Below the pieces are notes generated by a model that saw nothing but the letters and a program-made list of their open reading frames with translations, searched no databases and was not told the DNA's origin. A stretch of 32,852 bases of DNA from Eledone cirrhosa (Eukaryota), in the NCBI GenBank assembly GCA_964016885.1, contig CAXHJY010000145.1, positions 1 to 32,852 of the forward strand, given 5' to 3'. Shown here piece after piece: positions 25,501 to 32,852 of this stretch. The first letter of the stretch is position 1, and the number at the start of each line of letters is the position of its first letter. A program made the position numbers and the translations under genes.

Positions 25501-28500
25501 CGCCGATTTTTCGATACTCGATCTTTCTAATATTTTTAGCTCTGGACATAGCTATCCACCAGTTAATTTTATTGCTCATTTTTTGTCGATTCTATTGAGT
25601 GATGAATAGCTCCTGTTTTATTTTAACATGTCTATTGAGCACTCTTATTCGATATGTGTATTTCCACATTTCCTCGAATAGTTTTCGCGGATGTAGAGGT
25701 TACCTCCCTTGCCGGATTCCATGTGCGTATTTCGCTTGTAGTTAGCCTCTTATCCGCTAGGAAAAAGCTCGTTGATGAAGTAAACTTCCATTCCGCTTGC
25801 TCTAGAAGTCTTATATATTTATATGTGAGCTGATAGAGTACAGTCTAAGGATTTACAGAAACCCAAGAAGCTAGATTTAACACCTTTCTAGTGGGTCCGG
25901 GTATGATTTTACATTCATTTAAATTATTGATGTATTGTTTTATTGATATTTTTTATCTGATTGTCCCGAATCTTCTATTATCGATTTTTTATCGTATGGT
26001 TGATTTTAGACTTGTTCTATGTGTGACGGTATTTTAACGATAGTTATAGCTCTGATTCATCTGAATTATTGAGCCCTCTGCCGCTCATTTCGAATATCGT
26101 TTATCGTGAACTCGTGCGCCGATTTTTCGATACTCGATCTTTCTAATATTTTTAGCTCTGGACATAGCTATCCACCAGTTAATTTTATTGCTCATTTTTT
26201 GTCGATTCTATTGAGTGATGAATAGCTCCTGTTTTATTTTAACATGTCTATTGAGCACTCTTATTCGATATGTGTATTTCCACATTTCCTCGAATAGTTT
26301 TCGCGGATGTAGAGGTTATCTCCCTTGCCGGATTCCATGTGCGTATTTCGCTTGTAGTTAGCCTCTTATCCGCTAGGAAAAAGCTCGTTGATGAAGTAAA
26401 CTTCCATTCCGCTTGCTCTAGAAGTCTTATATATTTATATGTGAGCTGATAGAGTACAGTCTAAGGATTTACAGAAACCCAAGAAGCTAGATTTAACACC
26501 TTTCTAGTGGGTCCGGGTATGATTTTACATTCATTTAAATTATTGATGTATTGTTTTATTGATATTTTTTATCTGATTGTCCCGAATCTTCTATTATCGA
26601 CTTTTTAGCGTATGGTTGATTTTAGACTTGTTCTATGTGTGACGGTATTTTAACGATAGTTATAGCTCTGATTCATCTGAATTATTGAGCCCTCTGCCGC
26701 TCATTTCGAATATTGTTTATCGTGAACTCGTGCGCCGATTTTTCGATACTCGATCTTTCTAATATTTTTAGCTCTGGACATAGCTATCCACCAGTTAATT
26801 TTATTGCTCATTTTTTGTCGATTCTATTGATTGATGAATAGCTCCTGTTTTATTTTAACATGTCTATTGAGCACTCTTATTCGATATGTGTATTTCCACA
26901 TTTCCTCGAATAGTTTTCGCGGATGTAGAGGTTATCTCCCTTGCCGGATTCCATGTGCGTATTTCGCTTGTAGTTGGCCTCTTATCCGCTAGGAAAAAGC
27001 TCGTTGATGAAGTAAACTTCCATTCCGCTTGCTCTAGAAGTCTTATATATTTATATGTGAGCTGATAGAGTACAGTCTAAGGATTTACAGAAACCCAAGA
27101 AGCTAGATTTAACACCTTTCTAGTGGGTCCGGGTATGATTTTACATTCATTTAAATTATTGATGTATTGTTTTATTGATATTTTTTATCTGATTGTCCCG
27201 AATCTTCTATTATCGATTTTTTATCGTATGGTTGATTTTAGAATTGTTCTATGTGTGACGGTATTTTAACGATAGTTATAGCTCTGATTCATCTGAATTA
27301 TTGAGCCCTCTGCCGCTCATTTCGAATATTGTTTATCGTGAACTCGTGCGCCGATTTTTCGATACTCGATCTTTCTAATATTTTTAGCTCTGGACATAGC
27401 TATCCACCAGTTAATTTTATTGCTCATTTTTTGTCGATTCTATTGAGTGATGAATAGCTCCTGTTTTATTTTAACATGTCTATTGAGCACTCTTATTCGA
27501 TATGTGTATTTCCACATTTCCTCGAATAGTTTTCGCGGATGTAGAGGTTATCTCCCTTGCCGGATTCCATGTGCGTATTTCGCTTGTAGTTAGCCTCTTA
27601 TCCGCTAGGAAAAAGCTCGTTGATGAAGTAAACTTCCATTCCGCTTGCTCTAGAAGTCTTATATATTTATATGTGAGCTGATAGAGTACAGTCTAAGGAT
27701 TTACAGAAACCCAAGAAGCTAGATTTAACACCTTTCTAGTGGGTCCGGGTATGATTTTACATTCATTTAAATTATTGATGTATTGTTTTATTGATATTTT
27801 TTATCTGATTGTCCCGAATCTTCTATTATCGACTTTTTATCGTATGGTTGATTTTAGACTTGTTCTATGTGTGACAGTATTTTAAGGATAGTTATAGCTC
27901 TGAATCATCTGAATTATTGAGCCCTCTGCCGCTCATTTCGAATATTGTTTATCGTGAACTCGTGCGCCGATTTTTCGATACTCGATCTTTCTAATATTTT
28001 TAGCTCTGGACATAGCTATCCACCAGTTAATTTTATTGCTCATTTTTTGTCGATTCTATTGAGTGATGAATAGCTCCTGTTTTATTTTAACATGTCTATT
28101 GAGCACTCTTATTCGATATGTGTATTTCCACATTTCCTCGAATAGTTTTCGCGGATGTAGAGGTTATCTCCCTTGCCGGATTCCATGTGCGTATTTCGCT
28201 TGTAGTTGGCCTCTTATCCGCTAGGAAAAAGCTCGTTGATGAAGTAAACTTCCATTCCGCTTGCTCTAGAAGTCTTATATATTTATATGTGAGCTGATAG
28301 AGTACAGTCTAAGGATTTACAGAAACCCAAGAAGCTAGATTTAACACCTTTCTAGTGGGTCCGGGTATGATTTTACATTCATTTAAATTATTGATGTATT
28401 GTTTTATTGATATTTTTTATCTGATTGTCCCGAATCTTCTATTATCGATTTTTTATCGTATGGTTGATTTTAGAATTGTTCTATGTGTGACGGTATTTTA

Positions 28501-29841
28501 ACGATAGTTATAGCTCTGATTCATCTGAATTATTGAGCCCTCTGCCGCTCATTTCGAATATTGTTTATCGTGAACTCGTGCGCCGATTTTTCGATACTCG
28601 ATCTTTCTAATATTTTTAGCTCTGGACATAGCTATCCACCAGTTAATTTTATTGCTCATTTTTTGTCGATTCTATTGAGTGATGAATAGCTCCTGTTTTA
28701 TTTTAACATGTCTATTGAGCACTCTTATTCGATATGTGTATTTCCACATTTCCTCGAATAGTTTTCGCGGATGTAGAGGTTATCTCCCTTGCCGGATTCC
28801 ATGTGCGTATTTCGCTTGTAGTTAGCCTCTTATCCGCTAGGAAAAAGCTCGTTGATGAAGTAAACTTCCATTCCGCTTGCTCTAGAAGTCTTATATATTT
28901 ATATGTGAGCTGATAGAGTACAGTCTAAGGATTTACAGAAACCCAAGAAGCTAGATTTAACACCTTTCTAGTGGGTCCGGGTATGATTTTACATTCATTT
29001 AAATTATTGATGTATTGTTTTATTGATATTTTTTATCTGATTGTCCCGAATCTTCTATTATCGACTTTTTATCGTATGGTTGATTTTAGACTTGTTCTAT
29101 GTGTGACGGTATTTTAACGATAGTTATAGCTCTGATTCATCTGAATTATTGAGCCCTCTGCCGCTCATTTCGAATATTGTTTATCGTGAACTCGTGCGCC
29201 GATTTTTCGATACTCGATCTTTCTAATATTTTTAGCTCTGGACATAGCTATCCACCAGTTAATTTTATTGCTCATTTTTTGTCGATTCTATTGAGTGATG
29301 AATAGCTCCTGTTTTATTTTAACATGTCTATTGAGCACTCTTATTCGATATGTGTATTTCCACATTTCCTCGAATAGTTTTCGCGGATGTAGAGGTTATC
29401 TCCCTTGCCGGATTCCATGTGCGTATTTCGCTTGTAGTTAGCCTCTTATCCGCTAGGAAAATGCTCGTTGATGAAGTAAACTTCCATTCCGCTTGCTCTA
29501 GAAGTCTTATATATTTATATGTGAGCTGATAGAGTACAGTCTAAGGATTTACAGAAACCCAAGAAGCTAGATTTAACACCTTTCTAGTGGGTCCGGGTAT
29601 GATTTTACATTCATTTAAATTATTGATGTATTGTTTTATTGATATTTTTTATCTGATTGTCCCGAATCTTCTATTATCGATTTTTTATCGTATGGTTGAT
29701 TTTAGACTTGTTCTATGTGTGACGGTATTTTAACGATAGTTATAGCTCTGATTCATCTGAATTATTGAGCCCTCTGCCGCTCATTTCGAATATTGTTTAT
29801 CGTGAACTCGTGCGCCGATTTTTCGATACTCGATCTTTCTA
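16582..29841 (+). mobile_element. Tandem array of 616-bp hammerhead-containing (retrozyme-like) units, ~21.5 copies
   Basis: GCTGATAGAG recurs at 16591, 17207, 17823 ... 29525 (22 times; spacing 616, twice 615). Units differ at only a few sites. There are no ORFs in the track, and (TA)n flanks both sides. Confidence 0.93.
17145..17280 (+). ncRNA. Variant type I hammerhead (first of 21 complete copies in the array)
   Basis: Stem I GCTCG/CGGGT; TTGATGA 17150-17156; A.A then GTAAA/TTTAC, GCTCTA/TAGAGT and CTTATATA/TATGTGAG; GAAAC 17236-17240; stem III ACCCA/TGGGT plus CTAGA/TCTAG; GTC 17273-17275. Confidence 0.78.
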
Positions 29842-29883
<42 letters not shown>

Positions 29884-29909
29884 GTGGGAAAGTGAAAAAT
29901 CGGAGAATA

Positions 29910-29987
29910 GACCGTTAAAACATGTTTATTGAAAACATCACCTACGTACGTTTCGCCCAGTTGGGCTTCTCAAGGGCATAAACGGTC
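29910..29987 (-). ncRNA. Penelope 3'-UTR hammerhead, U3-A8 variant with palindromic stem III
   Basis: Minus strand: CC-TTGAGAA-GCCC-AACT-GGGC-GAAAC-GTAC-GTA-GG. Distal stem I GACCGTT/AACGGTC. ACGTACGT is self-complementary, typical of dimeric folding. Confidence 0.8.
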
Positions 29988-30228
29988 ACAAGTGTTCCTT
30001 ATATAGTTTGGAAAGAGATTTGGGGGTTAAATCGACATCAAGATTCATTGTTCGCAAAAATATCTTGTTTTGATTTTGCAGCAGGTCAAGGGAGGTAACT
30101 TTGGCCGGTGTTAGGGCAGTCTTTCCCGGATAATTTTTGGTATGCAGGGATCGTTTTCTGGGTGTTATTTTGCTGCGCCTGCCCGCCGGGGTGTTAAGAC
30201 TTGTTGCAGGGAGATCCAGTGTGTTATT

Positions 30229-31254
30229 TCACTCTCCATTCTTAACCCATCTAAAGAAGGATATTTTTAAGCGATGTGTACAACTTATCGCTGTTTCAGC
30301 TCTGCTGTTGATGTGCTCGTGGGGTGCAGTTATGATGTGGTAGAGCTCCATGAGGCAAAGATCGCATTTCCTCTTGAAGTTGTACGGTGCAGCCCTGTCG
30401 ACAATCTCCCAGTGCGTGGAGAAGCTAATGTTTAAGTCCTTTAGTGATGTGATGTAGTCCGCGAGCGAGGTGGAGTGCCTTAGTTTTCTATTTGTGAAAG
30501 AGTGGAGATGTGTTCGAAACCTAATTTTGAACGGGCCGGAGGTGGCCCCTATATAATGTTTAACGCTATTGTGGCTAGTAATAGTGCATCTATATATAAC
30601 TCTATCGGTCAAGCAGTATCCTCTAAGGGGGCACCGTCCTCTGTCGCGGCAGTTGCAATTTCTGTCGCTGTTCCGTCTATTTCCCACGATAAGGCTATCA
30701 TTGTTGATGCCTACGTTGTTAGCTGCGCTACTGCAGCTGTCGTTAGCACAATTACAGCCCACAGCACGCGGGATGGTGCGATTGTTATTCCGCACGCCAT
30801 GTTTTGCATGCTTCCCAGTCACTTCGCGGTCATTCTGGTTGCGTCTGCGGATGCCGTTGCCAACACTATTGGATGCTGTCAGGGAGTTGTTAAGGCCGAT
30901 ACAGTTATTGTCAGGTGTAGGTGCATCTGCGTCGAGGTGCTGTGTCTTGGTGATCTTACTGTGGTTCGTTGTTCCTATGATGTCTGCTAGGTTAGGAGTA
31001 GTAGAGAAGGATATTTTTATATTATTCCTATTAAGAATTTTTCTATACCTATGGTTGGGTGGGAAGTTCTTCTCTAAGGCTTCGAAGAATATCCGGGGTA
31101 TGTTGGAGGCCACACTTCGAGAGTAGGGGGGGTGGAACCATAGGACGTTACGGTGGCGATTACGTGTCCTTGTACTTTTGCTACGGGTGGTTCCATCTAA
31201 GTGATCGCTCTTATGTGTGTTAATGCGCTGTCGCCCGTTCGGTGCCCCTTTCAC
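30229..31254 (-). CDS. C-terminal part of a Penelope-like ORF: linker, Cys knuckle and GIY-YIG endonuclease; RT absent
   Basis: WFHPPYS, CNCxxxxxCPLxGxC, VIY...YIG, FKxRxxxH, CxLCLxE and INSRxE motifs, uninterrupted for 341 aa. The GTG start lies at the junction with another element and is probably not the real start. Confidence 0.9.
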   Translation of the reverse strand: MKGAPNGRQRINTHKSDHLDGTTRSKSTRTRNRHRNVLWFHPPYSRSVASNIPRIFFEALEKNFPPNHRYRKILNRNNIKISFSTTPNLADIIGTTNHSKITKTQHLDADAPTPDNNCIGLNNSLTASNSVGNGIRRRNQNDREVTGKHAKHGVRNNNRTIPRAVGCNCANDSCSSAANNVGINNDSLIVGNRRNSDRNCNCRDRGRCPLRGYCLTDRVIYRCTITSHNSVKHYIGATSGPFKIRFRTHLHSFTNRKLRHSTSLADYITSLKDLNISFSTHWEIVDRAAPYNFKRKCDLCLMELYHIITAPHEHINSRAETAISCTHRLKISFFRWVKNGE

Positions 31255-31262
31255 TTTATATA

Positions 31263-32074
31263 AATCACATATACTTTTATTTGTTTGACCCGAATTACTT
31301 GGTCGTTTTGTGGCTGTGCGGATGATTGTTTAACCATCATCTCAGTGTGTTTGGCCTTTAACGTATGTTGTAGCTCTGGTTCATCTGAATCAGTGAGCGC
31401 TTGCCACACATCACGGAAGTTGTTTTTCGTTAATTCCTAAGCCGAAATACGATTCTCGCTAATTTATATTTGTATTAATCTCCAGCGTCTAGCTATTGAC
31501 CAGTTAATTTTCTTGATTTTTTTAGTTGATTCTATTGACTGATGAATAGCTTGTGTTAACTTATAACCATTCTGTTGAGAGCTTTATTCGTTTTGTGATG
31601 TTTTGCATTCTTGCAATTTTATACACATACTGAATTCATCCGCCTAAAATAAGAGTTGCCTCTCTTGCCGAGCCTTTGTGGGTCGGTAACGGTAATTCCT
31701 TAAATTAGCACTCGAACTAAAACCTGTTGAAAAATGACTTCCTTGTTCAATCATCTTACCAGAAGCCTAACATTATTCATGTAAGCGGACAGTACTTGAT
31801 TTAGAAGTCGCAGAAACCCAAATGCTGGATTTTACCAACCATCCAGGGGTCCGGGTAAATTTTCAATCACATATATTTTTATTTGTTTGACCCGAATTAC
31901 TTGGTCGTTTTTATGGCTGTGCGGATGATTGTTTAACCATCGTCTCAGTGTGTTTGGCCTTTAACGTATGTGGTAGCTCTGGTTCATCTGAATCATTGAG
32001 CGCTTGCCACACATCTCGGAAGTTGTTTTTCGTTAATTCCTAAGCCGAAATACGATTCTCGCTAATTTATATTT
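31263..32074 (+). mobile_element. Diverged retrozyme-like element, 602-bp unit x ~1.35, hammerhead at 31722-31856
   Basis: 31263 onward repeats at 31865 onward. Stem I ACCTG/CGGGT; TTGAAAA 31727-31733; stem II TGACTTC/GAAGTCG; GAAAC 31813-31817; ACCC/GGGT plus CTGGAT/ATCCAG; GTC 31849-31851. Confidence 0.8.
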
Positions 32075-32095
32075 ATATATATACACCCCCCCCCC

Positions 32096-32151
<56 letters not shown>

Positions 32152-32469
32152 TTATTAGATAGATTGTATAAGATATACATAAAAAGATAAGGGTAAGATA
32201 GTTAAAGAGGTGGAAGAGAGAGAAAGACAGATAAGACTTTCGGGAGATATAAATCTGAATTCTGACGTTAATGAAAGGAACAAAAAACAAAAACAAAATT
32301 AACGATTTAGTTAAATTGTCAGTGTTGAATATGACAGAGTGATAGATATGACATCCATTATAATATAGATTCAACGTACATGAGACGAGAAAGTTAAATG
32401 GCTAGATAATTCATATTTCGATGTGTAAATATTCACATGAAAGTGAGAATGAAATGGGGGAGAGGATGG

Positions 32470-32663
32470 CGAGGAGAGAGAGAGAAAGAGTAAGAGAGAA
32501 AGGAGAAAGTAGAGAGAGAGAAAGAAGAGGGAGAGAAAGAAGAAAGAGAAAGTGAGAGAAAGAAAGAGAGAAAGGAGAGAGAGAGATAGAGAAAGATAAA
32601 GAGAGAAAGATAAAGCGAGACAGAACGAGAAAGATAAAGAGAGACAGAGAAAAAGAGAGAGAT

Positions 32664-32734
<71 letters not shown>

Positions 32735-32805
32735 AAGAGAAAGAAAGAGAGAAAGAAGACGAGAAAGAGAAGAGGAGAAAGAAAGAGAGAAAGAGATATA
32801 TGGAA

Positions 32806-32836
<31 letters not shown>

Positions 32837-32852
32837 AAGAGAGAGAGAGAGG
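32470..32852. repeat. (GA)n/(GAAA) purine-rich low-complexity tract
   Basis: Directly visible. Confidence 0.95.

Larger units (their letters stand above)
29883..31258 (-). mobile_element. 5'-truncated Penelope-like retroelement (Naiad-like)
   Basis: GIY-YIG ORF, then a ~345-nt 3' UTR containing a hammerhead, ending in (TA)n at 29843-29882. Confidence 0.85.

Noticed and set aside
16582-29841. CRISPR array, rDNA/5S array or snRNA array
   Set aside because: There are no unique spacers and no recognisable rRNA, tRNA or snRNA sequence in the unit.
30502-31126. Plus-strand ORFs of 162 and 185 aa
   Set aside because: They are antisense shadows of the GIY-YIG ORF.

Overview
AT-rich, microsatellite-dense eukaryotic DNA with no host genes. 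The tRNA-derived SINEs resemble cephalopod (Octopus-like) families; that assignment is from recall only. A 13.3-kb tandem array of a 616-bp unit (21.5 copies, ~16582-29841) dominates the window. Each unit junction carries an atypical type I hammerhead ribozyme with a UUGAUGA core, an A.A mismatch at the base of an ~80-nt stem II, and a GUC site, so the array looks like a large retrozyme-like element rather than a simple satellite. Three diverged relatives (8.2-9.1, 9.7-10.1 and 31.3-32.1 kb) show compensatory base changes, and all four end at similar positions against (TA)n. Next to the array is an RT-less Penelope-like (Naiad-like) GIY-YIG endonuclease ORF. Its 3' UTR has its own hammerhead and shares a 13-nt motif (GTTAYCTCCCTTG) with the retrozyme-like units. 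At least five other, apparently unrelated hammerhead motifs (several with long stem II) and several long palindromes sit between TA tracts. All folds were assigned by eye. Nearly all other ORFs are microsatellite artefacts.
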